Positions 39,076 to 50,696 of a stretch of DNA of 64,000 bases are shown here, piece by piece (within the stretch, counting starts at the first letter, position 1; each line of letters starts with the position of its first letter). The notes below the pieces were generated by a model, which saw nothing but the letters and a program-made list of their open reading frames with translations, did not search any database and had not been told where the DNA came from. Made by a program: the position numbers and the translations under genes. Source of the stretch: Bdellovibrionales bacterium (GTDB lineage: Bacteria > Bdellovibrionota > Bdellovibrionia > Bdellovibrionales > JAGQZY01); assembly GCA_019750295.1 (NCBI GenBank), contig JAIEOS010000110.1, positions 11,239 through 75,238 of the forward strand. The letters run 5' to 3'.

Positions 39076-42000
39076 ATGGAAGAAAAACAATTTTGGAAAA
39101 GTCTCGACGAAAAATATCAAACACCTGAGTTCTTGAAGACGTTTGAAAATGAATTCCATTCTTCTCCTCTCAAAGAAGAAGACGGAAAAGACGGCGTAGC
39201 TCGTCGTCAGTTTATGAAACTCATGGGTGCCAGTGTCGCCATGTCGGCCGCCGCTTGCGTGCGTCGCCCGGTTCAAAAAATTATTCCTTACAACAAACAG
39301 CCCGGCGAAGTGATCTTGGATGTTGCGGCTCACTATGCCTCGACATACTTCGATGGAACTCAAGCCGTCGGGATCGTTGTAAAAACACGCGAGGGTCGCC
39401 CTCTGTTTGTGGGTCCGAATCCAGGTCATCCCCTCAATCCAGCAGGGATCAGCACTCGCGCCAGCGCTCACATTTTAAGTTTATATGATCCAGACCGACT
39501 CAAAGGCCCGATCGTTAATTCCATCAATCCGAAGAAAAGATCGAACTCGGTCTCTGTAAAAAGAACTTGGGATCAAGTGGATGCCAAAGTCACTGAGCAA
39601 TTGAAGAAGGGCGGAGTGGCCCTTCTCACTTCGAACTATCCTTCGCCTCACACCGAAGAACTTTCTCGAGCCTTTTTAGGAAAATTTGGTGGGACAAAAT
39701 ACGTTTGGGATGTTTTCAATACTCAATCGGTTCGCAGAGCTTCTAAAATTTCCTACGGTAGCGAAGTCGTTCCTCGTTATCACTTTGATCGCGCTCGCTA
39801 CATTCTCTCCATCGATGGAGATTTCTTAGGAACTTACCTGTCGCCGGTTGAGCAGACAGTGAAGTTCACTCGCGGTCGCAATCCTGATAAAAACATGTCG
39901 AAGCTTGTGTCCTTCCAATCTGTGGCATCGATCACAAGCTTGAATTCGGATGACAATTACCCAATTAAGCCGAGCCAACAGTTAGGCGTTGTTCTCGCTT
40001 TAATTTCTAGAATTCAGCCCTCGGCTGTTCCGGGAAAACTCAAATCCGCCATCGTCACCGATGAGCAATTGGGCGTGGCGGCTGGAACTTTGGATGCGGT
40101 GGCCAAAGACCTGTCCAAAAATGCGGGCGAGTCGATCGTGATTGGTGGAGGTCTGCAGACCGAGACTGAAAACGCGGTGAGCTTTCACGTGGCCCTGAAC
40201 TGGTTGAACTCGATCCTCGGGAACGACGGGAAAACCATTTCTGCGAGCGGACACTCTCTTTCTGGCGGAGCTGAGGATCTTGAAAATCTATTAGCAGCCA
40301 TGGAAGCGGGTAAGGTGAAAACTTTAATCCTTCACAATGTAAACCCGGTTTACTCATTGTCTTCTGCTTACAAATTTGCAGAACTCATGCACAAAGTGGA
40401 AATGGTCGTTACGACCAGTAACTGGATGGATGAGACGGCGAAGCTGTGTGATGTGGTGGCCCCTTGTGGTCATTCGATGGAAAACTGGAATGAGTTCGAA
40501 GCGGTTCGCGGTGTGATGACCATTCAACAGCCGACGATTCGTCCTCTCCATGACACTCGTAGTTTCGAAGATAGCTTAATCACTTGGGCTCAAAAGGCCG
40601 GATCTGCTATTGTTTCTGAAGACAACTTCTACAATTACTTTAAGTCTAAGAAGTTAAAGGCTTTGGGGGGAGAAGACGCTTGGTTTGAGTACCTTCAAAA
40701 AGGTTACCAAGGAAATCTTCCTGCCGACTCAGGTCGCTCGTTTGCCGGTGGCGCGGTAGCTTCCATTGAAGCCCCGGCTCCTAAAGAAGGCTTCGAGCTC
40801 ACTCTCTATTCGACTCCGCAAATGGCCGATGGGTCTTTAAACAACTTGTCTTGGCTTTTAGAACTTCCTGATCCTGTGACCAAAGTCACTTGGGATAACT
40901 ATCTCTGCATCGCTCCCGCTTTGGCCAAAGAGTGGAAGGTCAAAGACGGCGACGTTCTGAGTGTAAAATCATCCACTCACGAAATGAATGTCCCGGTCTT
41001 TATCGTTCCTGGAACTTATAAACAATCTCTAGGTCTTGCGGTCGGTTACGGGCGCGAATCGGGAGGAGAGTTACTCAAAGGTGTGGGTGTTAACGCATTC
41101 CACTTTGTGCAAAAAGGGAACAATGGATCTATGGTCTACTCTGGAATGCCAGTGGAGATCAAAAAGACGGGACAACACTATCCATTGGCGGTGACTCAAG
41201 GTCACAACTCAATGGAAGGCCGTCAGATCGTCGCCGAGACTTCGTACAAAGCTTTCAAGGGTGGCGATAACGGAATTCATAAGCATAAAATCTTTAGCAT
41301 TTGGGGCGCTCATAAATATGAAGGCAACAAATGGGGTATGGCGATTGATCTCAACACTTGCACCGGCTGTTCCGCGTGCGTGATTGCCTGCCAATCGGAA
41401 AACAACATTCCTGTGGTCGGCAAAAAGTATGTGATGCAAGGTCGCGAAATGCACTGGCTCCGTATCGATCGTTATTACAAAGGAGACGAAGCGGCTCCTG
41501 ATGCGGTTTTCCAACCGGTCATGTGTCAGCATTGCGAAAACGCTCCTTGCGAAACGGTTTGCCCGGTTCTCGCTACCGTTCACAGTAACGAAGGTCTTAA
41601 CGACATGGTTTATAACCGTTGCGTAGGAACTCGTTATTGCTCAAACAACTGTCCTTATAAAGTTCGTCGCTTTAACTGGTTCTACTACGGCGATCATACA
41701 AAAACTCCATTGAATATGGCGCTCAACCCTAAGGTGACGGTGCGCACTCGTGGGGTGATGGAAAAATGTACGTTCTGCGTCCAGAGAATTAAAGAAGGCA
41801 AAAACACCGCGAGAGATGAAAACCGTCCATTAAAAGACGGCGAAATCAAAACGGCGTGCGAAGAAGCTTGTCCGACGGAAGGGATCTCGTTTGGAGACCT
41901 TAATGATCCAGAAAGCAGCGTGAGCCGGTTGTTCCGTTCTCAGCGCAACTACACATTGCTTGAAGAGTTCAACGCCGCTCCTCGCGTTCGCTACTTAGCG

Positions 42001-42156
42001 AAAGTGAGAAACACAGATCGTGAAATCGCGGTTCATCATGGAGCCCCTGCGGGCCATGGCGAAGAGCATCCTCAATCTCCGGCTCCTCACAAAGGGCCTG
42101 GTGAAAAAAATGAGCATCACGAAAAGCACGAAGCTAAGGATGGAGGTCACGCATGA
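39076..42156 (+). CDS. actB: Alternative complex III subunit B (molybdopterin-oxidoreductase-like plus Fe-S)
   Basis: FWKSL, TAT-like [41 protein letters not shown] and MEKCTFC. Confidence 0.94.
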   Translation: MEEKQFWKSLDEKYQTPEFLKTFENEFHSSPLKEEDGKDGVARRQFMKLMGASVAMSAAACVRRPVQKIIPYNKQPGEVILDVAAHYASTYFDGTQAVGIVVKTREGRPLFVGPNPGHPLNPAGISTRASAHILSLYDPDRLKGPIVNSINPKKRSNSVSVKRTWDQVDAKVTEQLKKGGVALLTSNYPSPHTEELSRAFLGKFGGTKYVWDVFNTQSVRRASKISYGSEVVPRYHFDRARYILSIDGDFLGTYLSPVEQTVKFTRGRNPDKNMSKLVSFQSVASITSLNSDDNYPIKPSQQLGVVLALISRIQPSAVPGKLKSAIVTDEQLGVAAGTLDAVAKDLSKNAGESIVIGGGLQTETENAVSFHVALNWLNSILGNDGKTISASGHSLSGGAEDLENLLAAMEAGKVKTLILHNVNPVYSLSSAYKFAELMHKVEMVVTTSNWMDETAKLCDVVAPCGHSMENWNEFEAVRGVMTIQQPTIRPLHDTRSFEDSLITWAQKAGSAIVSEDNFYNYFKSKKLKALGGEDAWFEYLQKGYQGNLPADSGRSFAGGAVASIEAPAPKEGFELTLYSTPQMADGSLNNLSWLLELPDPVTKVTWDNYLCIAPALAKEWKVKDGDVLSVKSSTHEMNVPVFIVPGTYKQSLGLAVGYGRESGGELLKGVGVNAFHFVQKGNNGSMVYSGMPVEIKKTGQHYPLAVTQGHNSMEGRQIVAETSYKAFKGGDNGIHKHKIFSIWGAHKYEGNKWGMAIDLNTCTGCSACVIACQSENNIPVVGKKYVMQGREMHWLRIDRYYKGDEAAPDAVFQPVMCQHCENAPCETVCPVLATVHSNEGLNDMVYNRCVGTRYCSNNCPYKVRRFNWFYYGDHTKTPLNMALNPKVTVRTRGVMEKCTFCVQRIKEGKNTARDENRPLKDGEIKTACEEACPTEGISFGDLNDPESSVSRLFRSQRNYTLLEEFNAAPRVRYLAKVRNTDREIAVHHGAPAGHGEEHPQSPAPHKGPGEKNEHHEKHEAKDGGHA

Positions 42157-43511
42157 TGGACAGAAAGCCTCTCGTTTTAGGGAATAAAACGTATAAAGAT
42201 ATTACTGACGACATTTGCGAACCGGTGGAAACTCTTCCGGGTCGCGCCTGGTACATGATGTTCTTTAGTGCCAAGTTCTTGCTCCTTTTCTATCTCTTCT
42301 CGGTCGGAATGATCGTGACGACGGGGATGGGGCTTCTCGGGGTGAACCATCCGATCGGTTGGGGAACGATGATTATTACCTTCGTTTTCTGGATTGGTAT
42401 TGGTCACGCGGGAACTTTGATTTCGGCCATCTTGTTTCTCTTCCGTCAAAAGTGGAGAACCTCAGTGGCTCGCTCGGCTGAAGCGATGACGGTCTTTGCG
42501 GTGATGACTGCGGGGATTTTTCCGTTGATTCACACCGGTCGTCCTTGGTTGGATTTCTGGTTGTTCCCGTATCCGAACCAAAGAGGTCCTTTGTGGGTGA
42601 ACTTCCGTTCTCCTTTATTATGGGACGTTTTCGCGGTTTCGACATATGCGACCGTGTCTATTGTTTTCTGGTATGTGGGACTTGTTCCTGACTTTGCGAC
42701 CATTCGTGATCGCGCGAAAAACAAAACACGCAAGTTGATCTACGGAATCCTTTCTTTAGGTTGGAGAGGAACGGCAAGACACTGGAGCCATTACGAAATG
42801 GTTTATCTATTACTTGCAGGGCTATCCACACCGCTGGTTCTTTCGGTTCACACCATCGTATCCTTCGACTTCGCGGTGGCGTCGCTTCCGGGATGGCACA
42901 CGACGATTTTCCCTCCGTACTTCGTTGCGGGTGCGATCTTCTCGGGCTTCGGGATGGTTGTGACTTTGTTAACTTTAGTCCGTATCGGGTTTCCGAAGTT
43001 TAAAGACTATATCACCATCGACCACATGGAAGTGATGAACAAGATCATCATGACCACGGGGATGATGGTCGGTTATGCCTACGGTTCTGAATTCTTCATC
43101 GCTTGGTACTCAGGCGTTCCTTACGAAAAGTTCGCTTTCGTGAACCGTGCGTTTGGTCCTTACTGGTGGTCTTACTGGATCATGATTTCGTGTAACGTGA
43201 TCATTCCTCAAGTGTTCTGGTTCAAAGCGGCTCGCCGTAGTATCCCGATCATGTTTGTGGTTTCGATTTTCGTAAACATCGGAATGTGGTTCGAGCGTTT
43301 CGTGATTACTGTGACTTCGCTTCACCGCGATTTCCTTCCTTCGAGCTGGGGAATGTATGCTTGGTCTCGTTGGGATGCGTTTATTCTTTTTGGAAGTTTT
43401 GGAATGTTCCTAACTTTATTCCTCTTGTATCTCCGTGCTTTCCCGGCGATTTCCATCGCCGAAGTAAAACCGGTTTTATATGTAGGTAAGAAGGGAGATA
43501 AACATGGCTAA
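42153..43511 (+). CDS. actC: Alternative complex III subunit C (NrfD family)
   Basis: [26 protein letters not shown] and [19 protein letters not shown]. Confidence 0.95.
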   Translation: MMDRKPLVLGNKTYKDITDDICEPVETLPGRAWYMMFFSAKFLLLFYLFSVGMIVTTGMGLLGVNHPIGWGTMIITFVFWIGIGHAGTLISAILFLFRQKWRTSVARSAEAMTVFAVMTAGIFPLIHTGRPWLDFWLFPYPNQRGPLWVNFRSPLLWDVFAVSTYATVSIVFWYVGLVPDFATIRDRAKNKTRKLIYGILSLGWRGTARHWSHYEMVYLLLAGLSTPLVLSVHTIVSFDFAVASLPGWHTTIFPPYFVAGAIFSGFGMVVTLLTLVRIGFPKFKDYITIDHMEVMNKIIMTTGMMVGYAYGSEFFIAWYSGVPYEKFAFVNRAFGPYWWSYWIMISCNVIIPQVFWFKAARRSIPIMFVVSIFVNIGMWFERFVITVTSLHRDFLPSSWGMYAWSRWDAFILFGSFGMFLTLFLLYLRAFPAISIAEVKPVLYVGKKGDKHG

Positions 43512-44028
43512 GCGTATTTCTGGAGTTGTTGGATTTTGGAGTGATGATCATGAGTGCGTGGAAGCGGCTCATAAGATGCGCCAAGCCGGTTACAAACACT
43601 TTGATGCCATTACGCCTTTTCCGGTCCACGGAATGGAAGAAGCTGTCGGTATCAAGCGCAGTATGATTCCTTGGGTGACTTTTGTCGCCGGGATCACGGG
43701 TGGAAGCTTAGGTCTATTGATGCAGTGGTGGATGTCCGCTGTGAGCTGGCCGATCAACGTGGGTGGTAAGCCCTACTTTTCGCTTCCTGCATTTATCCCT
43801 ATTACTTTCGAATTAACGATTTTGTTTGCAGCTTTAAGCTCTGTGGGAGCGATGTTTATTTTAAATAAGCTTCCTCAAGTGGATCCGCCGATCATTCATC
43901 CGGATCTGACTTGCAGCAAGTTCGCATTGTGGGTTCCCGAAACTGAGCCTGGATACAATCCAGAAAAAGTGGAATCTTTTCTCAAACAGATCGGCGCCGA
44001 AGAAACGCGTCGAGTGGCGGAGTTCTAA
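43504..44028 (+). CDS. actD: Alternative complex III subunit D (DUF3341)
   Basis: [16 protein letters not shown] and PITFELTIL. Confidence 0.93.
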   Translation: MAKRISGVVGFWSDDHECVEAAHKMRQAGYKHFDAITPFPVHGMEEAVGIKRSMIPWVTFVAGITGGSLGLLMQWWMSAVSWPINVGGKPYFSLPAFIPITFELTILFAALSSVGAMFILNKLPQVDPPIIHPDLTCSKFALWVPETEPGYNPEKVESFLKQIGAEETRRVAEF

Positions 44029-44029
44029 T

Positions 44030-44608
44030 ATGTTGGTGACAGAGAAATCATTGCACTGGGCGTTTATGTTTTGCATGTCCTTGTTTGTGGCTGTTTTTCT
44101 ATTCGGCCTGACAGGATGTTCAGATAAAACCAAACCCAATATTGAAGTTATTCAAGATATGATGGAACAACCGGCTCTCAAAGCTCAGGATTTTATGCCT
44201 GATAATCGCGAGAAGAGCAGTATGCTGGTGCCGCCTGAGGGAACTTTAGCCGTGGATCGCGAAGCCGCGAAGTACGCGACAGACCCTGAGGCTGCCGGAA
44301 AAAATTTAAAAATGCCAACGGTCACTCCCGAATTTCTCGCGTTGGGAGAAAGGCACTACAAAAACTATTGCCTTCTTTGCCATGGCGAAAAGGGAATGGG
44401 AGACGGGCATGTGGGTCAAAAATTTATCGGTGTAAAACCGCCGTCATTAATGACCGACAAAATTCGTGGGTATGCCGACGGACGCATCTTCCATGTTTTG
44501 ACTTTTGGACAAGGCGTGATGGGAAATTACATGTACCAAATGCCAAAGGGTCGTGATCGTTGGGCTGTGGTTGCTTATGTTCGTAAAATGCAGCAGGAGA
44601 GTAAGTAG
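44030..44608 (+). CDS. actE: Alternative complex III monoheme cytochrome c lipoprotein
   Basis: LTGC lipobox, DMM.QP, CLLCHG and RWAVVAYVR. Confidence 0.9.
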   Translation: MLVTEKSLHWAFMFCMSLFVAVFLFGLTGCSDKTKPNIEVIQDMMEQPALKAQDFMPDNREKSSMLVPPEGTLAVDREAAKYATDPEAAGKNLKMPTVTPEFLALGERHYKNYCLLCHGEKGMGDGHVGQKFIGVKPPSLMTDKIRGYADGRIFHVLTFGQGVMGNYMYQMPKGRDRWAVVAYVRKMQQESK

Positions 44609-45811
44609 ATGTCAGGCTTAAATTTAGAAAACATCAGTCCTCAAAAATTTCAATTAGACTCTAAACTCAAAGCGATCTTTATGGGGCTCACCGGCTTGGG
44701 CTTCGTACTCCTTGCCGTGGGATTTTTTATCAATAAAGAAAGAGCGTGGCATGCTTACCTCGTCAGCTACTTCTTTTTTACCTGTTTGACCTTAGGTGGA
44801 GTGTTCTTTGCGGCGATTCAGCATGTGGCCTCCGCCGGCTGGAGTGTGAATATTCGCCGGATCTCTGAATCTCTCTCGTCGTTTTTACCCTTTGTTTTTG
44901 TACTTGGTTTACCCATTGTGTTCTTCGCCAACAAAGATCTTTATTTGTGGCTCGACCAGCCTGCGGTGGACAATGATCCCTTATTGATGGGGAAGGCACC
45001 GTATTTAAATCAGACCTTTTTCGCGATTCGTTTTATTCTATTTATGGGCCTATGGATCTTCTTCGCTCGTAAGATCGTTGGATTTTCTTTAAGCCAAGAT
45101 AGCGATGGAAGAGAAGAGTGGACGACAAAGGCGTTGCCATGGTCGGTGGCCTTCTTAGCCGTTTTCGCATTAAGCTTCTCACTTTTTAGTGTGGATTTTT
45201 TAATGAGCTTAGAGCCTCACTGGTTTAGTACGATCTACGGAATTTATTGTTTCGCAGGATTATTTCAGTCCACCTTAGCGACGCTGATTCTTATCACGCT
45301 TTTCTGCATGAAGCAGGGATGGGTGAAAGGTTTAGTCACCATTGAGCATGTTCATGATCTCGCCAAGTTTATGAAGGGCTTTACCGTCTTCTGGGCGTAC
45401 ATTGCATTCTCTCAGTTTATGTTGATCTGGTACGCAAACTTACCTGAAGAAACGATCTTTTATCTTCACCGCTCCCATGGTTCATGGTTGTATGTTTCGA
45501 TCGCGTTGATTGTCTTCCGGTTTGTAGTGCCGTTCATTGCTTTACTACCTCGCTGGGCGAAGCGAACACCAGCTCACTTGGTCAGTGTCTGTATCTTGAT
45601 CCTCGTCATGCAATACGTAGATCTTTTCTGGCTCATCTATCCGAATTACAGCACTGAATTCGTCGCGTTCTCTTGGCTTGAGATCGGGACATTCGTAGGC
45701 TTCCTCGGATTGTTCTCTCTTGTCGTCGCTAAGTTCTTGTCGAGCTACAATTTGGTGCCGATCAAAGATCCTCGTCGTCATGAGTCGATTCATCACCACG
45801 TGACTTACTAA
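44609..45811 (+). CDS. actF: Alternative complex III subunit F
   Basis: AGWS, MSLEPHWFSTIYG, HDL.K and FWAYIAFSQFMLIWYANLPEE. Confidence 0.93.
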   Translation: MSGLNLENISPQKFQLDSKLKAIFMGLTGLGFVLLAVGFFINKERAWHAYLVSYFFFTCLTLGGVFFAAIQHVASAGWSVNIRRISESLSSFLPFVFVLGLPIVFFANKDLYLWLDQPAVDNDPLLMGKAPYLNQTFFAIRFILFMGLWIFFARKIVGFSLSQDSDGREEWTTKALPWSVAFLAVFALSFSLFSVDFLMSLEPHWFSTIYGIYCFAGLFQSTLATLILITLFCMKQGWVKGLVTIEHVHDLAKFMKGFTVFWAYIAFSQFMLIWYANLPEETIFYLHRSHGSWLYVSIALIVFRFVVPFIALLPRWAKRTPAHLVSVCILILVMQYVDLFWLIYPNYSTEFVAFSWLEIGTFVGFLGLFSLVVAKFLSSYNLVPIKDPRRHESIHHHVTY

Positions 45812-45833
45812 ACAGAAATTCCGTCCGCACTGG

Positions 45834-45982
45834 CTCTTCGATTTGATTTTAATTTGAAGTTGAATTGAAGAGCATTCTTACGGCGGAAGCCTCCTTCCAT
45901 GGATCGTTTCGCGCCCCTCCATGGGCGCGACCGCCGACGCATACTCCTCAATTCAATTTCAAATTAAAACCAAATCGAAGAG
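45834..45982. repeat. Long inverted repeat / REPIN-like element (39-bp arms, 3 mismatches) after actF
   Basis: CTCTTCGATTTGATTTTAATTTGAAGTTGAATTGAAGAG versus 45944-45982; core with TCGCGCCC-CTCCAT-GGGCGCGA hairpin. Confidence 0.85.
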
Positions 45983-46137
45983 ACGGGCTCTTGGAACAGT
46001 TGAGGTTTGCCCGGGGGGGCTCAGATCGTGTCCGGGGGGTGCGCCGATACTTTTTGAGAACTGGTGCGTCGTTGGGGTTGGCGGGGGACTGTTTGCGGGG
46101 GAGTTGCACCTGGGGTGACGGGGTGTATGATGGGGGA

Positions 46138-46545
46138 ATGGTGAATCGGACATTTCTAGGTCGTATTGTTTCGGTCGGAGGCTTCTTGGCCTTCGTCGGT
46201 TATATGTTGTGGTTTCAGTACGTGGCCGTGGGGACCTTGTCGACTTCGGAATATAATAGCGGTGCGGCTTTACTCGTTTTTATTATTTGTATTGGGCTTG
46301 TGATTCAGCCTCACTTGGGTCGCGCGATGGACGAGGCTCCACCTCCCGTGGAGCATCATAATCGCTGGGCGGCGGCTTTCTGTTTTGGATTAAGCGGTGT
46401 CGCGGGGATCGCGGCGTTAATCACATTGTTTTCGGCCGGAGTGACTTCGGTGCTGCTGGGTCCGCTCCTTTCTATTTTTGTATTTGCCTTATTCGCGGGC
46501 ATTTTGGTTCTCAAATATCGTTTTCCCCGGAAAAAAAATAAGTAA
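46138..46545 (+). CDS. Small four-TM membrane protein
   Basis: ATG at 46138; four hydrophobic segments. The upstream ORF extension runs through the repeat and is probably spurious. Confidence 0.55.
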   Translation: MVNRTFLGRIVSVGGFLAFVGYMLWFQYVAVGTLSTSEYNSGAALLVFIICIGLVIQPHLGRAMDEAPPPVEHHNRWAAAFCFGLSGVAGIAALITLFSAGVTSVLLGPLLSIFVFALFAGILVLKYRFPRKKNK

Positions 46546-46588
46546 TATTCAAAGTTGCATTTAAACGAAGCAGTAATACCATTGTTGT

Positions 46589-47779
46589 ATGGTGCAGAAT
46601 TACGGAAGCAAAGGATTTTCACTGGCTTCGGTTATGGTCGGAGTGGCCGTCGTTGGAATTGTGGCTTTAGGGACTTTGTCCCTTTTTGAGAGCATGACGA
46701 AAAGTCAAAACTTCCAAGAGACGCGACTCCAAGTGGATAATTTTACCGAGGAAGTGCGAGCTCATTTAAGCAACGTGGATTCTTGTAAAAGTACCCTGAG
46801 CTCTGTGAATCTCGGAGCCTCAGGAGCAACGACCGATCTGAATTCGATCAAAGAAGCGAACGGTACACTTAAAAATACAGTGGGCTCCATCTACGGAAAC
46901 GGCGCTTTCGTTCTCACCGGCCTCCAGTTTTTGTACACGCCTGGAGATCTTCCCACCGCTTTGAATGCCAATTTGGGCGAAGGCGTTTTGCGAATCTTTA
47001 CTAAAGCTCAAAAGTCCGTGTCAGGGACTTCGACACTTAAGTTTCGGGAAATTGCGATTCGTATCACTAAAAGTCCAACGGGACAGTTAATTGAGTGTAT
47101 TGCGATGGCAAAGATGACCGATGGGATTTGGACTCGGTCGACCAACATCAACGATATTTTTTATAGCACCGGACGAGTAGGTATCGGAACCTCTCAACCC
47201 TTAAGTCCACTCCATGTCTTGAATGGAATTTCCACGTCGACCGCTGCGGGCTCCCCGATGAATATTCTTCAGATTTTTAACGAAGCCCCCGATACCGGCG
47301 TCCTTAATTATGGTCACACCACAGGCGGAACACCTGGTGGCAAGATTGACATTCGCAGTGAAAATGTGACCCGAATGACCATTTTGAATTCGGGTGACGT
47401 GGGCATTGGGTCTCAGAATCCGACGGTAAAGTTAGATGTCAGCGGAGAGATCAAGGTGTCCAGTTCTGGAATGACATGTACAACGGATAAAGAAGGGGCT
47501 GTGCGCTATCATCTTCCAACAAAGAATTTGGAGGTGTGCGACGGAACTCAATGGAAATCGGTCCAAGCTGCCGGAGAAGTCTGCCAATGGATCGACCATG
47601 CTGGAAACGCATCCCTTTCCTATGGCGGTAGGGACACCCACGGTACAAGTCCTTCCGGAGAGTGTCCTTCTGGTCAGGTCATGCGTGGAGCAAAGCTTCA
47701 GGATTACACCGATAACTCTGCGGGCGGGGGCGATAATGCCGTGACAAGGACGGGTCTCAGCATCAAATGCTGTCGCTAG
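46589..47779 (+). CDS. Pilin-fibre hybrid 1 (type IV prepilin leader, fibre repeats, Cys-rich tip)
   Basis: KG|FSLASVMVGVAVVGIV, GRVGIGTSQP, GDVGIGSQNP..KLDVSG, CTTDKEGAVRY...CDG..W; ends CCR. Confidence 0.75.
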   Translation: MVQNYGSKGFSLASVMVGVAVVGIVALGTLSLFESMTKSQNFQETRLQVDNFTEEVRAHLSNVDSCKSTLSSVNLGASGATTDLNSIKEANGTLKNTVGSIYGNGAFVLTGLQFLYTPGDLPTALNANLGEGVLRIFTKAQKSVSGTSTLKFREIAIRITKSPTGQLIECIAMAKMTDGIWTRSTNINDIFYSTGRVGIGTSQPLSPLHVLNGISTSTAAGSPMNILQIFNEAPDTGVLNYGHTTGGTPGGKIDIRSENVTRMTILNSGDVGIGSQNPTVKLDVSGEIKVSSSGMTCTTDKEGAVRYHLPTKNLEVCDGTQWKSVQAAGEVCQWIDHAGNASLSYGGRDTHGTSPSGECPSGQVMRGAKLQDYTDNSAGGGDNAVTRTGLSIKCCR

Positions 47780-47844
47780 TTTTTACTGAAGTTGGTCCTC
47801 ACTTTCTTAATTGCATTTCTTTGCTCTCCGATTAAACTTTAAAT

Positions 47845-48321
47845 ATGGAAACAAAATCGGCTCCTGTTAAAAACAAAAGATTTATTAAAAATTTACTTAT
47901 ACGTCCTGAGCGGCAACTCAAATTGGCGACCCTCATGATCGTCAGTAGTTATCTCCTGGTGCTCGGAGCCTTTCTAGGGACTCAGATTTTTAACTATTTT
48001 ACGATCAAGACGTCACTGAGTTCGGAGGCCATTGATCCGATCATCTATGAGCATATTCTTAATTCTTTGATGCAGTCGATGCTTTATCCCACTTTACTAT
48101 GCCTGTTACTGATCCTGGTTTCGTTTGTTTTTCTTGTGAAGATTTCCCATCGATTCTTTGGACCTATTGTTCCAATCACTGCCATTTTGGATAAGCTGAT
48201 TCAGGGAGATTACGGTCACACAAGAAATCTTCGAGACGGAGATGAGCTGACAGAAGTGATGGACGCAGTGAATTCTCTCTCGAAGGCTCTCAAGGAACGA
48301 CATGGTTCGTCCTCAAAATAA
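47845..48321 (+). CDS. Two-TM HAMP-domain protein
   Basis: RFIKNLLI...Q, two TMs, SHRFFGPI...GDY....LRDGDEL..V...VN. Confidence 0.75.
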   Translation: METKSAPVKNKRFIKNLLIRPERQLKLATLMIVSSYLLVLGAFLGTQIFNYFTIKTSLSSEAIDPIIYEHILNSLMQSMLYPTLLCLLLILVSFVFLVKISHRFFGPIVPITAILDKLIQGDYGHTRNLRDGDELTEVMDAVNSLSKALKERHGSSSK

Positions 48322-49321
48322 CCAAGGTTTTTCTTTAGCCTCGGTGATGGTGGGGGTCGCGATTGTTGGTATCGTTGCGGTCGGCACGCTCTCGCTCTTT
48401 GAAAATATGACCAAGTCGCAAAACATGGCGGACTTTCGCACTCAGCGCGATGTCCTTGTGGAAGAGATTCGAGCACACCTGAGCGACACGCAAGCCTGCC
48501 GCGCCACTTTCGGGTCCATCTCGTTACTGACCAATGGGTACTCCGAGACGATCTCTCAAATTCGAAATGCCGACAACTCCGTCAAGTGGGAGACAGCTAC
48601 GCCTTACTCGAACAATACTTATCGTATTAGTGGCCTGGTTTTTAACTACACACCTGGGACATCGCCGACAAATCCATCCACCGCCACCGCAAATCTTATG
48701 GTGCAACTTCAAGCGATGAAAAAAGTGGCCGGCGTTAACGTTTCTGATCCAAAATTTATAAATATCAGTATCAAGAGAAACTCTACGACAGGCGCCATGT
48801 TGGAATGCATCGCTTCTGCGAAAATGTCTGACGGAATTTGGCAGCGAACAGCAACTGTGAATGATATTTTCTATACGGGAGGAAACGTCGGAGTCGGAAG
48901 TGCATCTCCGGCCACCACCCTCGATGTGGACGGTGGTGTAAGAGCCGGCGATGAAAGCCGCGTGACTCAATGTGATTCCTCTCTGGAAGGAGTTTTACGC
49001 TACAATAAATCCACTCATCGCATGGAATTTTGTGATGGCACTCAGTTTAGAAATATCGGTTCGGTCTGTCGGAAGGTGAGTGATTCGGGTCCAGCCCCAA
49101 GTTACGTCTCTCGGGCCTCCTGCGCTCCCGACGAAGTGATGACGGGTGGAGGAGGAATCTGCGAAGCTCCTGGTTATGGTTTGTGCTCGGGAATTTCGCG
49201 GGGAACGCCTACATTTTTTGGGCCTGACTCTACACTACCCAATACTTTTACGGTGGACTGCTGGAATCCAGCGACAAGCACAGAGGCTTGTTCCATCGCC
49301 TATGCGATCTGTTGTAAATAA
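48302..49321 (+). CDS. Pilin-fibre hybrid 2
   Basis: QG|FSLASVMVGV, constant domain, GNVGVG...LDVDG, CDSSLEGVLRY...CDG, Cys-rich tip ending YAICCK. Confidence 0.75.
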   Translation: MVRPQNNQGFSLASVMVGVAIVGIVAVGTLSLFENMTKSQNMADFRTQRDVLVEEIRAHLSDTQACRATFGSISLLTNGYSETISQIRNADNSVKWETATPYSNNTYRISGLVFNYTPGTSPTNPSTATANLMVQLQAMKKVAGVNVSDPKFINISIKRNSTTGAMLECIASAKMSDGIWQRTATVNDIFYTGGNVGVGSASPATTLDVDGGVRAGDESRVTQCDSSLEGVLRYNKSTHRMEFCDGTQFRNIGSVCRKVSDSGPAPSYVSRASCAPDEVMTGGGGICEAPGYGLCSGISRGTPTFFGPDSTLPNTFTVDCWNPATSTEACSIAYAICCK

Positions 49322-49333
49322 ATAATATACGAG

Positions 49334-50671
49334 GTGAGTGTGCTTTCGGGTCAAATGTTTTTTAAATATTCTAATCGAGGTTTTTCTTTAGCCTCGGTCA
49401 TGGTGGGAGTTGCCATCGTCGGTATCGTTGCGGTGGGCACGCTGTCACTTTTTGAAAACATGACCAAGTCGCAGAACATGGCGGACTTTCGCACCCAGCG
49501 CGATGTACTGGTGGAGGAGATTCGCTCTCACTTGAGCGACACCCAGGCCTGTCGCGCGACTTTGGGTTCGATCTCGTTACTGACCGACGGACACTCTGAA
49601 GCCATCACTCAGATCCGAAATGCCGATAGCTCCGTAAAGTGGATGACCGCAACGCCGTATTCGAGCAATACCTATCGCATCAGCAGTTTAGTTTTTAATT
49701 ATACACCTGGTACTTCGCCGACGAACCCATCCACCGCCACCGCCAATCTCATGGTGCAGCTTCAAGCGTTGAAGAAGGTGGCTGGGATAAATGTTTCTGA
49801 TCCGAAGTATATCAATATTAGTATTAAGAGAAATCCCACTACGGGAGCTATGTTAGAGTGTATCGCTTCTGCAAAAATGTCAGATGGGATTTGGCAGCGA
49901 TCGACCAGCGTGAATGACATTTTCTACTCCAGTGGCAGCGTCGGAATAGGGACCACAAACCCCACCGCGCGCCTGCATTTAGTGCAAGGGGATGTCGTCG
50001 CTGAGAAAGAAAATGACTGGAGCTTCTTTGGATCCTACGCGTACTCGAACAATCTTGCCCACAGCTCCGCATGGGTAGGTATGAGAGGCCGCGGTAGCCG
50101 AGCAAGTCCTTTATATCCACTGGCCGGCGATGCGCTCACCTCATTGAGCGGCCGCGACGTGATCGACGGCTTTCACGTCACAAATTATGGGGGTTCCTTT
50201 ATAAAAATGAGCGCCACTCAAAACTATAGCTCAACAGCCAAAGGCTCAGATATCACTTTTAATACGACGCCCAATGGAAGTGTCATGCCAGTACAGAGAA
50301 TGCTTATCGACCAAACGGGCAATGTCGGTGTTGGAACAGCAGATCCTATAGCGAAACTAGATGTTGATGGAGAAGTCCGTATAAAATCAGGAGGATCAGT
50401 TTGTAGTGTTTTGAACGAAGGATCCATTCGCTATTCTGCTGCGACCAAAACATTCGAGGGATGTGATGGTGTGATGTGGAAGCCATTAGGTGGCGCTTTG
50501 GGGAACACTTGCCATTGGGTCACCTCTAATACCGACTGTACGACAAGCGCAGTTCCCCATCAGGCGAGTTGTCCTGCAGGTGAGTACGTTAATCAAGTGC
50601 GTACCACTCAGATTTGTTTCATAGCTGATAACACTTATACGACAATTTCCGATCTGTATTGTTGTAAGTAG
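49334..50671 (+). CDS. Pilin-fibre hybrid 3
   Basis: RG|FSLASVMVGV, constant domain, inserted RGRGS...GD.L fibre module, CSVLNEGSIRY...CDG..W; ends CCK. Start uncertain (49334-49355). Confidence 0.75.
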   Translation: MSVLSGQMFFKYSNRGFSLASVMVGVAIVGIVAVGTLSLFENMTKSQNMADFRTQRDVLVEEIRSHLSDTQACRATLGSISLLTDGHSEAITQIRNADSSVKWMTATPYSSNTYRISSLVFNYTPGTSPTNPSTATANLMVQLQALKKVAGINVSDPKYINISIKRNPTTGAMLECIASAKMSDGIWQRSTSVNDIFYSSGSVGIGTTNPTARLHLVQGDVVAEKENDWSFFGSYAYSNNLAHSSAWVGMRGRGSRASPLYPLAGDALTSLSGRDVIDGFHVTNYGGSFIKMSATQNYSSTAKGSDITFNTTPNGSVMPVQRMLIDQTGNVGVGTADPIAKLDVDGEVRIKSGGSVCSVLNEGSIRYSAATKTFEGCDGVMWKPLGGALGNTCHWVTSNTDCTTSAVPHQASCPAGEYVNQVRTTQICFIADNTYTTISDLYCCK

Positions 50672-50696
50672 AAATTTCATCGATTAAACTTCAACT

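Noticed and set aside
45865-46137. N-terminal extension of the 226-aa ORF
   Set aside because: It runs through the inverted repeat and G-rich spacer; the membrane-protein-like part begins at ATG 46138.
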